Shown piece after piece: positions 13,550-26,479 of a stretch of 64,000 nt of DNA. The translations under genes and the position numbers were made by a program. Every line of letters begins with the position of its first letter. Position 1 is the stretch's first letter. The notes beneath the pieces are model-generated. The model was not told the DNA's origin. It made no database searches and saw only the letters and a list, made by a program, of their open reading frames with translations. Source of the stretch: Octopus vulgaris (taxonomy: Eukaryota); contig OX597819.1 of assembly GCA_951406725.2 (NCBI GenBank), positions 22,568,001-22,632,000 of the forward strand, read 5' to 3'.

Positions 13550-13860
13550 TCAAATGAAATAAAAAACAGAACACAAAGGATGTCGCGGTACACGTATTTC
13601 AAGCTTTATAAAACAACCTATTCTTACATCAATGTATAATCGACATAACAGATGGTTTAAAGCTCTCTTCAGTCGCATGCAATTGCTATACCAAAGACTT
13701 ACACCACATTATGAAAAATCCGAAAATGCGGCTGAAGAGAGCTTTAAACCATCTGTTATGTCGATTATACATTGATGTAAGAATAGGTTGTTTTATAAAG
13801 CTTGAAACACGTGTACCGCGACATCCTTTATGTTCTGTATTTTTATTTCATTTGAGGCAT
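13545..13860. mobile_element. Foldback element (~135 bp arms, 47 bp spacer) next to (TA)n, carrying two opposed hammerheads
   Basis: Arms 13545-13678 and 13726-13860 are near-perfect reverse complements. Confidence 0.9.
13728..13819 (+). ncRNA. Minimal type I hammerhead ribozyme with extended stem II (mirror copy 13585-13676, minus)
   Basis: gcgg-CUGAAGA-gagcttta...taaagctt-GAAA-c-acgt-GUA-ccgc. Confidence 0.78.
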
Positions 13861-13951
13861 ATACCCTCTCACCTCTGCCACTAGCTGGCATATACAGGTG
13901 CTTACACTTATCAAGTATTCACCCTGAATGTATTGTATATATATCTATATA

Positions 13952-13999
<48 letters not shown>

Positions 14000-14036
14000 T
14001 GTATAGGTATATATATATGTATGTATGTATGTATGA

Positions 14037-14127
<91 letters not shown>

Positions 14128-14299
14128 TGTGTCTGTTTGTCACCACATCATCGCTTGAGAACTGATGTTGTGTTTACGTCCCCGTAAAATAGCGGTTCGG
14201 CAAAAGAATCCGATAGAACGACTACTAGGTTTTTTTTTATAAAGTAAAATTTTGTTTATTAAGTAATCATGCTTACCACACAGCCACTCCTGCGCCTAT

Positions 14300-14407
14300 T
14301 AAAGAATATGGAACGCTTCGCGAATTTGCGTGTCATCCTTGCGCAGGGGCCATGCTAATCTTCTTTGAATCGTTACAATTTTAGTATATGTATTGCCGAA
14401 GTAATAC
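14300..14407 (-). pseudogene. U6 snRNA copy (probable retropseudogene)
   Basis: Reverse complement ...cttcggcaatacatatactaaaattgtaacgattcaaagaagattagcatggcccctgcgcaaggatgacacgcaaattcgcgaagcgttccatatt matches full-length U6. The ACAGAGA box is mutated and only microsatellite lies upstream (no promoter). Confidence 0.95.
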
Positions 14408-14427
14408 ATACATACATACGTACATGC

Positions 14428-14493
<66 letters not shown>

Positions 14494-14494
14494 T

Positions 14495-14830
14495 AAGAGG
14501 GATGACCACTAAGTGGACATCCATTATGCTAGAAATAGACTCCCAATGATCTTACTACTAAGGAAGGATTGGCTTATTTCTAGCATAATGGATGTCCACT
14601 TAGTGGTCATCCCTCCTATAAGTATGTAATATAATTTTTCTGAATCTTCAGATTTTTCAATATGCTAGAACACTGGTTTTAAATTGATATTAATCAAATT
14701 AATATTCAGTTTTCACCTGTATTATTTTAAATTTGGCGTTTGCTGAATTTTCTTGAGAACATTCCTTTCTTAGTGGTAAGACCATAGCGGATCTTCTTCT
14801 AGAATAATGGATGTCCAGTTACAGGTCATG
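14495..14830. repeat. TA-flanked element with ~45 bp inverted arms and a third diverged arm
   Basis: agagggatgaccactaagtggacatccattatgctagaaata has its reverse complement at ~14575-14618, with another copy at ~14799-14837. Confidence 0.75.
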
Positions 14831-14845
14831 TCTCTTATATGTATA

Positions 14846-14899
<54 letters not shown>

Positions 14900-14902
<3 letters not shown>

Positions 14903-14970
14903 TCTGGAGTTTCTCGTTGCCGTTCATCAGACAGTTTTGCTGAACGGCAACGAGAAACTCAGAGTAACAG
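14900..14970. ncRNA. Tiny palindromic insert built from two partial hammerheads
   Basis: Composite ctgt-CUGAUGA-acg/gcaa/cga-GAAA-ctc-a-ga-GUA-acag. The minus copy keeps the core; the plus copy keeps the 3' strand of stem I. Confidence 0.6.
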
Positions 14971-15129
14971 ATTTTGTATATATATATATATATATATATG
15001 ATAGATACAGGTATAGATGTGTATGTGTGTATGTATGAGTCTATATGCCTATGTGTGTAATTATGTATTTCTATTTGTCCATATGTTGAAGAGAAAACAA
15101 AACTTAATAAATATATTTTGTTTTGTCAG

Positions 15130-15238
15130 TGAGATTAATCTGCCCTACGATTCTCACCAGCTGGAATTCGAATTTAGTGGAGTTATAAATGTATTGTTTA
15201 ATGGCTGTAAATTTGTAAAGATTTATATTCTTTTGTAA
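15130..15238 (+). CDS. Candidate terminal exon of gene A
   Basis: Strong ttttgttttgtcAG acceptor, phase-2 compatible open frame (N)EINLPYDSHQLEFEF...LL*, and AATAAA overlapping the stop. No homology support. Confidence 0.33.
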
Positions 15239-16383
15239 TAAAAACTACAACTTTATAATTAACGACACTAACCAGTTTTATTTGGTAATATCTGTTTTCT
15301 CTATATGAGACGGCGAGCTTGAGGAATCGTTAGCATGCTTAGCGAAATGCTGAGAGGAATTTCATCACACTTCACCTCATAAGTTCAAAATCCGCCGAGA
15401 TCACCATAGTCATTCATCATTTTCGGTGTCTATAAAATAATTACAAGTTGATCAGCAGGGTCGATGTAATAGACTTAGCCTCTTTCCCAAAACTGCTGAC
15501 CTCATGACCAAATTTGTAACCCATGCATGTCTTCGCTTTTTATGAATAATTGTTTTGCATATTCTTTTACTTTTATAGAAAGGGAAGCAGAGGAAAATAA
15601 AACCGAAATTGAAAGCCAAACCGAAATTAAAATCAGTTTGCAATCGGAATATGATCTAATCATTCTCTCGTATAATCTTCACTGAAACTCGTGTAAGAAA
15701 TAAGGTAATAAAATACAATCAAAGCCAAATTTGCGGCCCCTTTTTGTCTTGTTTTTCCTACGTATATACTGTGATCCTTACGATTGCTACAAACCATAAG
15801 AAGGAAAGTTTGACTAAAGTATAACATTTCCTGTTCGTTTCACCAGCCAATCATCCAACACTTCTCGATATTCTGCATGGTTGCCATAACAGTATTCCCT
15901 GCCACTCACCTCCAGAAAGAACGGGACCTACTTTCTCTCGAAACTTCTGTTGCTTTTGGTCTCAAACTCCTTTCCCAATATTTCTAAACCCACTTTTCTC
16001 CTCAACTTTCCCTCTTTTTACCCAATTCTTCCCACGTACTCCACTCACACCAACACCCTGCTGACCAATCCCATCTCATCACCACACTACCATATGCATT
16101 CAATACCAAACAAAAACTAAAACCCCAATGCCAAAAACATCTCCACTACTATCACTTACACACAAGTATACGCATAAGCCCCTCCTCCACTTTAATACAA
16201 CTTAACATCTTTACATACACCAACACGTCCACACATACATAATGCTTTACACTCTCACGCTAAGATGTATATACCCCAATATACTTGCTCTCTGTGCACC
16301 TACACCAATCCGGACAGATACAGACAGAAAAAAAATTGCATTTATTGTCTATTTTAAATGCATATATAAACACATACGTTTAA

Positions 16384-16620
16384 AGGCGGCGAGCTGGCAG
16401 AAACGTTAGCACGCCGGGCGAATTGCTTAGCGGTATTTCGTCTGCCGTTACGTTCTGAGTTCAAATTCCGCCGAGGTCGACTTTGCCTTTCATCATTTCG
16501 GGGTCGATTAAGTAAGTACCAGTGACGCACTGGGGTCGATGTAATCGATTTCATCCGCTTGTCTGTCCTTGTTTGTCCCCTCAGTGTGTAGCCCCTTGTG
16601 GGCAGTAAAGAAATAATAAA
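16384..16620 (+). mobile_element. Full-length tRNA-derived SINE, family B
   Basis: Head ggcggcgagctggcagaaacgttagc, B box gagttcaaattcc, 3' aaagaaataa tail. Confidence 0.85.
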
Positions 16621-17152
16621 CACATACCTGTACTCGTATGCATACCTCACTCACATACCCGCCATTTCCAGTTTGGTTCGGAGCTGTTCCTCAACACCTT
16701 CATACATGGTTCCATAATTGCTCAAAAGAAGTGTCAACCCTTGCCACTGACACTTCAAGCCACTCACGCAACCAGACACACGTTCACAGACGCGCAAACG
16801 CACATACACCCCCCCCTACCGCTTCGCTTGACTATACCTTCGCTCATTAACATACAGTTTTCTGTCCCCTCATTATCACCCGTCCTTCCGCTCTCCTTGA
16901 TTCCTGCAGCCTTCTTCATGCGTTGCTCCATAGCATTTAGGCTCCATTCCTCCGAAATTTTCCCCACTGCTATTCCACATTCGGAAAGATGATCCGACTT
17001 CTGTGACTGCAACGTAATTTTACGAGGGAGACTACTCATAGTATAAGAACGCACAGTTATTGCTGATTTCCAGATTCAGTCTGCTCTTATTTTCATTAAG
17101 ATTGCTGGGTTGTACAGCGGCAATAATACAGACGCATACACACCAACAGATA

Positions 17153-17187
<35 letters not shown>

Positions 17188-17849
17188 ACACACTCACGCT
17201 TACACACATTCAATGGTTGTCCCAAAAGTGATACAAAAACAGGCATAACCTTTTACTGACATAGGCCGTTGAAGTTGCATATGTTGGTAGTTTAACTCTT
17301 CCCCTATACCAAACACTCGTCCTACTCTCCTTCATTGCAAACGAAATTATTTCTTTATCCATATCTGTGGTATACATAACCGCTTTAGGTAAAAGTTTTT
17401 CAATGAACGTTATGAAGGCAATTTTTCTATAAATTTGTTAATAAATTCAGTTCATTTAATCACCCTCTCTCGTGTTAATCTCACTAAATCTTTTATCGTT
17501 TATCTTTTACTTTTGTATGTCATCGGTGAAGTACTTATTCTCACGGTCTCGTTGCTGAACCGCTAAATATACGGGATGTAAACAAAACAACACCGGTTGT
17601 CAAGCGGTCGTTCTTAAGCAAACACAACCACAACTGAGCAAGCGCGAGCGCGCGTGCACACACACACACACACTTGCATACATACGCAGACAATCATACA
17701 CATTGATGTACGACGGACTTCCACCCAGTCTCCTTCTACCAAATCCATTCCAAAGACAATCTTCGGTCAGAGTGAGACTGAATCCGACACCACCTAGTTA
17801 TAAAGGGAGCTTCTGAAGACCACAGCCATTCCAATAATAATAATAATAA

Positions 17850-20800
17850 GTATACGGGGACGTTTAAGATGTGAGGACAATAAAACAGTGCTCTGAAATC
17901 TATCCACAAACATCGAAAACAAAGACATTGTATGGAGCCAAAAATTAACTAACAAAGGATTGGACTATATCCGAGTAAGTAATACTCATTGAAATTTATT
18001 ACTATTTTCGAAACGAAATAATGTATTTTAACTCGATATCATCTCCACCTCTAACAAAACACATGTAAACATGCGTGGAAACATTACGATCCACCAACAC
18101 CAGATCATCCCCGACCCCAAACACCATGTACAAAAAAACTACGAAGAAATTAAATAACACCAATATTATTCAACCCAAGAATAACAATCGGGAGGTACTT
18201 ACTTTAAAATTACAACATAAAATGTACGAAAAACTACACGTGCAAAACAATGTGACAACAGAAATGAACGGACCGGTACCCTACGAAAATGACGACCGTC
18301 AAAATAATGGGCCAGACGTTGTTCCTCATGTCCCGAAGATAAAACCCAAAATACATAAATGGACACGTGAGGAATACATTTCTATCCTACACGCTTACTT
18401 TACAGCAGTGCTCTACCCAAAGAATGAAAACACAACAACACACACATATAAAATATGGAAGGAAAATAACATAAATATAGACTTGGATACAGCAATGAAC
18501 CCTAATAAACAAGCTAAAGTACGAAGATGCATTCTCAACGCAAAAAAATATCAGAAATAGAAATAGAACCTTTAAAAGAAAAAATACATCAGGAAAATGT
18601 AGATAGAAGCCACGCAACAATGCCCAATAATATAAACACTGAAACAGTAAAACACGAAGACAAACGAAACATTTCCAACAAACACGATGTAAACAAAAAA
18701 CAACAAACCCAGACCATAAGGATGCATAATAATACACGACAAACAGCAAGCCAAAATACGACAAACATACAAATGAGAAAGAAAGCGACACAAATCTAAA
18801 ACCTGGAAACATCCAAAGGGGAGCCTAATGATTATAATAATATAAAAAGTAGAATAATCAAAGAGCTAAAAACCACAAAGCTCAAAATGGACCACCGACC
18901 ATACCTCCCCAAATTCAAAATAGACAAAACAACAACATCAATTATAAACAGCATAAACCTAGCCGTCACGGAACTAATAGCCACTGAAACAAAAAGCGAT
19001 ATCACTGAGCTAAATAACTTAGTATACGCAGCAGCCACTGCAGCCACAAAAGAAGCTGGATACTCACTCAAATCCATCCAAACAGGAGTACCACCCCCAA
19101 ACAAACCCTGTGGATAAATATCATCCAAAACAAAATACAAAAAATGAGAAAAGATCTGTCGATTCTTAATGAAATCAGTAGACAATCAACGCTACTGAGC
19201 AACAAAAAGAAAACAAAAATACTCCGCAAATACAACATCACAGAAAAAGATTTACCTGAGATAAAAGAAAAGCTAAAGCAAGATATCCTTGCCAAAGCAC
19301 AAAGGATCCACCGGTACGAGAAACGCCAACGTTTCTTTGAAAAAACAAAAAGTTCAACTCCAACCCCAAAAAGTTTTACCAAGAACTTGGCAAAAATAAA
19401 ATAGAAATCACTGCAGCACCAACGGCAGAAGAAGTGGAAGAATTCTGGAGAGAAATATGGTCGGCGAACGAAGAACCAAAAAAAGGAGTATTAAAACAAC
19501 AAACTCAGCATCTGAGCAACTTTGGACCCCCATAACAACTGAAGAGGTCACCCAGGCACTGCAAAGACTAAGCAACTGGAAGGCACCTGGGCATGACAAG
19601 ATCCCCAAATCTGGTTGAAATATCTAACAACAATGCACAAAAAGCTGGCTGAAAACTTGAACAACATACTAGCAGAGCCAGAGACAATGCCTGAATGGCT
19701 CACGAAGGGGAAAACCATCTTAATTCCCAAATCAAATGAGACACCAAAACCAGAAAACTACAGACCTATAATCTGTCTCCCTACAATGTACAAGGCATTT
19801 ACTGCAGTGATATCGCAAAGATTGAACAAGCACCTGGATGAAAACAACCTGTTTCCAGAAGAGCAGAAAGGATGCCGCAAAGGCTCATACGGCTGTAAAG
19901 ATCAACTAATGATCAATAAAGCCATAACTGAAGACAGCCACAGAAAGAAGAAAGGCCTCAGTATGGCCTGGATCGACTACAAAAAGGCGTTTGATAGCAT
20001 CCCCCACACATGGATCCTCGAAACACTAGCCATTAACGAAATAGCACCAACAATTATAAAATTCATAGGACACTCTATGAATAAATGGCAAACAGTGCTA
20101 CAGCTCCAAACAAAAGAGGGGCTCATGAAAACCAAAGCCATCCCCATTAGAAGAGGAATATTCCAGGGAGACACGCTCTCTCCACTCCTTTTCTGCTTGG
20201 CACTGTCACCTCTATCCGATATGCTAAATAGAACTGGATGCGGATATAAATGTTATGGCAAAACGATCAGCCACCTTTTATATATGGATGACCTAAAACT
20301 ATACCCTGCAAATGACAAGCAGCTGGAAACACTATTAAAGACAGTTCGTGGATTTACCAAAGAAATAGATATGAAATTTGGATTAGAAAAATGCGCCAAA
20401 GTAACCATGAAAAGAGGAAAACTAGTTAAGAGTAGCAACATCACACTAGATAAAACCAATGAAATAAAAGAATTAGACCAAAGCCAAACTTACAAATACT
20501 TAGGAATCCATGAACTAGATAAGACACAACTACACAAATGAAAGAGAAAATAAAAAAAGAATATTATAGACGAGTTAGATCAATACTAAAAACAGAGTTC
20601 AATGCTAAAAACAAGATAATAGGTATTAACACTTTATCTGTCCCAGTTATAAGTTATAGCTACAATATCCTTAACTGGACACTAAATGAACTGACCAAAA
20701 TAGATAGGAAAACAAGAAAAATAATGACAGGATCTGGGATGCATCACCCAAAATCTGACATAGAAAGACTATGTATACAACGTATAGAAGGTGGTAGAGG

Positions 20801-21994
20801 CCTTATACAGCTGGAAAACTACTATAAAATAACCACCATAGGATTGCAAAAATAGCCACTTCAGAAGGAAGGAAAACTGATACAAATAGCGGCAAAACAC
20901 GAGCAAAACAAAAACTGTTCTCAGTATTTAAGGAAGCTGACAAATACAAACAAGAAATCATACCACCTAACAAATATGAAGAAGAAGAAGAAGAAGAAGA
21001 AGAAGAAGAAGAAGAAGAAGAAGAAGAAGAAGAAGAAGAAGAAGAAGAAGAAGAAGAAGAAGAAGAAGAAGAAGAAGAAGAAGCAACAAAAGCTATAAAT
21101 TAAATGAAATCCAAACTAAAACTAGAGCAGCAAAGAACCATGATATAACGATGGCAAGAAAAGTCCCTTCATGGTAAAGAAATAGACTAAGAAAAATCCC
21201 AGCAATGGTTGAGAAGCTCAGGACTCAAAGCAGAGAGAGAGGGATTGTTAATTGCAGCGCAAGACCAAAGGCTCCCCACCAGAAATTACCAAAAACATGT
21301 AATGAAAAGAAATATAACAAGTTACTGCAGAATATGTGGAGATGGACAAGAAACAATAAATAATATTATCTCTGGCTGCCCAGTCCTGGCTAAGAAGGAA
21401 TATATTCACGGACATGACAGAGTTGGGACCTACATACACTGGAAGCTATGCCAACATTATGGAATAACAACAGAAAAAAGATGGTATAGGCACACACCAG
21501 AAAAGGTCACAGAAAACGAGAAAGCAACCATACTCTGGGATATGCCGATACACACAGATAGAGAAATTAAGGCCAACAGACCAGATATAGTTGTCAGAGA
21601 TCATGAAGAAAAAAATGCTTTCTAATTGATGTATCAATACCAGCAGATGACAACGTGTCTCTAAAAGAAATGGAGAAACTTTCAAAATACAAAGACCTGG
21701 AAATAGAGGTAATCAGAATGTGGAATCTAAAAACAGAAACAATTCCTCTCATAGTAGGTGCATTAGGCATGATAAAAAAATATTCAGACAAATACATAAC
21801 AAAAACACCAGGAGTTACAAACACATATAACATACAGAAAATTGCCCTACTAGGCACTGCACACATCCTACGCAGAACACTTTCCATACAATAACCATCA
21901 GAGCATCACAAAAAATCACAGCACATACCCAAGGCACACAGAGGTGCGCTCGGTAGTGAAGTGAAAGCACGCTATCAAAATAATACTACTGATG

Positions 21995-22085
<91 letters not shown>

Positions 22086-22140
22086 GAGCTGCGCTCAGTA
22101 GTGAAGTGAAAGCACGCTATAAAAATAAAACTACTGAATA
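17850..22140 (+). mobile_element. Near full-length R4/Dong-type element (family 1), frameshifted, with a duplicated 3' tip
   Basis: N-terminal KWTREE, RT (YRPI, DYKKAFDS, GIFQGD, YMDD), CCHC finger, RLE (LWD, RPDIV, KYKDL). (AAT)n on both sides. Confidence 0.95.
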
Positions 22141-22197
22141 ATGATAATAATAATAATAATGATAATAATAATAACCATAATAATAATAATAATAATG

Positions 22198-22534
22198 AGA
22201 GGGATTCTTTGGGGTTTGAATAATTCACCTCTGGAAACATGGGTGTTTCAAACAACATCCTTAAACAACCCTTATTCAGGGACCTTTTGAGCGGGATGGG
22301 CTACTCAACCTGAAGAAAATTTTAACTGGGCCCCACCTGCAAGGTCATGCGCTGTTTACCTTGATATGATATCACCATGTCGCGCACATATGGTTGTGAT
22401 GCATGTGCCTAGTGTACCCTTATCAGACGGGTAGTCATGATGGGTATACTGGGCTTCATATATTTTACCCCAGTGTCACTTTGATGGCATGAACTGCTCT
22501 CTCACTCAATAATAATAATAGTAATAATAATAAC

Positions 22535-22620
<86 letters not shown>
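22198..22620 (+). mobile_element. Short non-coding retroelement with (AAT)n tail, nested in the Dong tail
   Basis: ~310 bp unique segment bounded by (AAT)n on both sides. No ORF. Confidence 0.5.
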
Positions 22621-22622
<2 letters not shown>

Positions 22623-24167
22623 TGCTAAAGTATCTGGTTTAGCTCTACCTTCTGAATGTAGGTTCAAATTTCATTAGATCCCATCTGCACATCTCTGTGC
22701 CACAAATCCTTACAAGTTCATGGAAGAATATATTTTCGCGTGGAGTCACAAAATCTTTAATAAATTTCTGAGGAGATTTTCCTTCCAAATGGTTCGTAAT
22801 ATTGTCCTCTTCGATTCTCAACATGTGTCTCTCTATAACAAGCACTCATAGCTGTATTGAATGATTGCCTGGATGAATGTTTGCCTTCCTTTCATATTCA
22901 ATTACCGGACACTATATCAAAGAAATACTTGAAAATGCCTAATAATGAATAATTAAAATCAATGTTGGTCAAATTTCTGTCCATGACACTTACATACTTG
23001 GAAAGCTATCAAGGAGGTAGTCATAGCAGCTAAATCAGCTCAAGAGGGCTCTGATTGACAAGAGACCGTAAGTGAAATCTTTCAACAGTTCAGTACTAAT
23101 TCAGTCCTCGCAGCCCCTATTCCAGTGAATGTGACAGGCTAAGGATCGAAACGGAAGGGTAATCAATATTACAATGAATTCAGATTGAGCAAATCTTGGA
23201 ACTGGCTCCTGAAGCCTCGGCGTGAGACAAAGCATCTCCGATGTTTATTCCACTCAGGCTTTACTTAAAGTGACTTCGTACAAAGAGAAACACCAGAATT
23301 AATACTTCTCTCGGAGATGAAATTATTTTATCCAATACAACTAGCACTTGCTTGATCTTAAAGATTGACTCTATATTCAAACCTCTTTCCTAACCATGAT
23401 ACCTTAACGTATGTAGATCTATCTGCTAAACCCATCATTTTTCAATATTCGATATCGTGTTTTTTATTCCTCGTCTGTGAAGCCCTAAATTTTTTCTAGT
23501 TCATACAGTCTCTGTACCACACGCCTTCTATTTTCGTCAGGTCACTGATATCGGCGTAGAACCACCATATACATGGAAGCATTTCTTCACTCCTCATTCA
23601 ACCACCAAGCACTATATCAAATAACAAAACTATGAAAACGACTTATAAAGAACATACAGTCCAATGTATTGTCCAAATCTCTTTCTTATTACACCAATAT
23701 TCTTAGAATTAATTACAGTCTGTACAATACATTACGTCCAACTAACAGAGGCACCAGTATTTACACTAATCACTGATATCCAATTTTCTCATCATATATC
23801 CGGTATTAGATATCGGTTTTTGTTCTTTTATTGTTCACGTTTAGCGCTTGATCTCATTCCGTCATGTTTATTCGGTTGGAATTTTTCTTTTACTGTCAGT
23901 CGCATTTTACATTTTCTAGATGTTTTTAGATCGTCATTGATTTTGCTAATAGGATATTCCAGATACTGAGTGATAATCCAGGCACTGTGGTGATATTCTA
24001 GCTTCAGCTGAGTGATATCTCAGCTTCAGTGATATTCCAGGTACTAAGGCATACAAACAAAAGCCATTATTGGACACCAGAATGCTTACAAACATTCAAA
24101 TGTTGCAAATGAGCACGTGTTCAGATGTAATCAGGAGAACTTCGTTGCAATTGATAGTGAAAGTTAT

Positions 24168-24748
24168 ACAGGGTGGACTAAAAGGGTCTGACACATTTGG
24201 AGGCTTAATAAACGCACAAAATAAGAAATAATGAAAAGAAAACTTTTATTTTCTGAATGTACATATAATACCATTATATTTCATTAAGTTTAAAAAATTA
24301 AATCAGCTAAATGCTTCCCATCATTGTCAACACACTGTTGGAGACGTTCATGAAAGTTATCGATAACTCTATGGATCATTACTTCTGGAATGGTTGCTAT
24401 TTCTACACAAATTGCACGTTTTAATTCATCAATAGGCGATGACTGAATACTTTTGATATTAAATATCCCCACAAGAAGAAATCACATTTCGCCATTCCAG
24501 AAGAAATGATCCATAGAGTTATCGATAACTTTCATGAATGTCTCCAACAGTGTGTTGACCCAGCTTCCGGAGCCCTCTTTAGAACATGGTGGAATTTCTT
24601 GGCAGCAACTTTGCGTAAACTGTTATCTCCCAGCCATAATCTAGTTGACATTTTATTGATTCTTTGAGATACTTTTACATTGAGATGCAACAGAGCAGTT
24701 TTTTTTTTATCTTATTTGCAAAGTACCAAATTTAGCCAGAACACCCTG
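24168..24748 (-). mobile_element. Tc1/mariner-type deletion derivative with an internal inversion
   Basis: Termini cagggtg...caccctg, transposase C-terminus DELKRAI..ERLQQCVDNDGKHL, and inverted duplication 24325-24392 vs 24493-24560. Confidence 0.8.
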
Positions 24749-24899
24749 TGTGTTTTGTGGGAAAAAAAGACAAATTTAGTGTTTCATCATACACTTATTT
24801 AAAGACATTTTATATTTAAAGACATATAATAGAAAAACGTATGATTCTCTCCATGTAAATACAGCATGTAGAACTTGGTCTTCAGTCTATGATGTTTTG

Positions 24900-25670
24900 T
24901 GAAGATGATGTGACCACTCGAAAGAACTGACGGTGTACCCTGTCAATTTTTGTAACTTTGTGATAAGAGACTGTGACACTTTGCATTGTTTTTAATATAG
25001 GGTCTGGATTTAGAGACGATTTTCCATTTGATATTTAAATTGGTCCTTTCGTCTTCAAGTTCCCAGATTACACACGAAAGAGTTGTTGAATATCTTTTAT
25101 TTCGATCTGAAAACCTGGGTAGCAAACCTTGGGTAACAAACAGAGTCCATACACAAATAACTATTCACACACACAATTCATTGTGCCACTTATCATGAGG
25201 AAGCTACGCAGCTAACGACCTAAATTTTAGCCACTGGACTACATACAATCGACTCCTGTCCACTCTCGCACCAAACAGATTAAATTTGGAGTGCCAAGAT
25301 TATAACTAAACAAGATTATAACTAAACCCAACCGTGACAGCCTTAACTTACGGCGCCAAACATTGACAGTTGATACTAACACACGGACGTAGCGGAGAAC
25401 CTACAAAAGTTTCTAAGACCAGTCATGTGACTATCCTCAACCAATTAAATCCTATTCAAAACATATTAATTTGAACCATGAACCCTTTATAAAAATAAGG
25501 CAAACTTCAAACACTAGTCAGAAGCAAAACAGCTGCGACATAAACCAGGTCATTCTATTTGAACATTTTGAAAATCAGTGTAAACTGTGAAACCGGTTAA
25601 TGCTTTAAAAATATTAATACAAAATATTTTAACTATTCGCAGTGCATTCTCAACTTCTATTATTTCCTAT
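24900..25670 (-). mobile_element. Penelope GIY-YIG C-terminal fragment with adjoining inverted pLTR
   Basis: STTLS..IWELED....IKWKIV.....Y......C motif, next to the hammerhead-bearing repeat 25360-25670. Confidence 0.7.
25564..25602 (+). ncRNA. Minimal type I hammerhead ribozyme, U3:A8 core
   Basis: catt-UUGAAAA-t-cagt/gtaa/actg-t-GAAA-c-cg-GUU-aatg. Confidence 0.68.
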
Positions 25671-25671
25671 A

Positions 25672-26340
25672 CACAGAGTGTCCTAAAAGTCAGTGATGGG
25701 TTTCAGTTTTTAATAACTTACTTAACTTTACAAATAAATGCATGAAATTTTGATACAATACAAGTAAAGGACGAAATGGAAATTAATATGCACAAGTCCG
25801 TCAAATTGTGCAAAACCACTACATCACCTATGAAAATTAACATCACTTAAATGGCAGCCATTTTCGAATTTCCACGCTCGTGTTCTTTCCAAAACTTGCA
25901 CCATAACATCCTCAAGCGTTTCAGACTCCATTTCTCTGATTTCTCTATTGATGTTCTCCTTCAGTTGCATCAGGGTATCCGGTTTGTTCACGTAAACCCT
26001 CTCTTTCAGGCTTCCCCAAAAGACAATATCCAGGCTTGTCAAGTCTGTAGAACGTGAGGGCCATTCAAAGTAGACCTCGCACATGGTTCCAGCAAGATGG
26101 GACAACTGTTCATACCGCAAGAGATACAATGCAATTGCTACGGCTTTGGAGAGAGAATAATCTCCCGCTACGGCAATGTCAACTGGTCTTCACGTTCTCC
26201 AGACTTGACTAGCCCGGATTTTTTTCTTGTGGGGATACCTGAAAGAATGAGTTTACGTCAACAAAACGGAGACCCTGGTGCATCTGAAAGAGAACATCGA
26301 TAGAGAAATCACAGAAGTGGAGTCTGAGACTCTTGAGGCT
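25672..26340. mobile_element. Tc1-like transposase relic with an inverted internal duplication
   Basis: WPSRSTDLTSLD..FWG.LKERVY on the minus strand and WFQQDG..WSSRSPDLTSPDFFL on the plus strand. Confidence 0.8.
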
Positions 26341-26479
26341 TTAATGGCCTGAGGATATAGTATAAGAGTGAAGCTTGAGGGCTAGACAGAGACATTAATG
26401 GGATGAATGATGATGATATATGGATGATAAGGATGGGAGAAGACGAAAAGCGCCCGCCGACTTTCGCTTCTCTAAAACA

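Noticed and set aside
6928-14407. 5S and U6 as functional genes
   Set aside because: The 5S copy is solitary with no T-run terminator. The U6 copy has a mutated ACAGAGA box and no upstream promoter.
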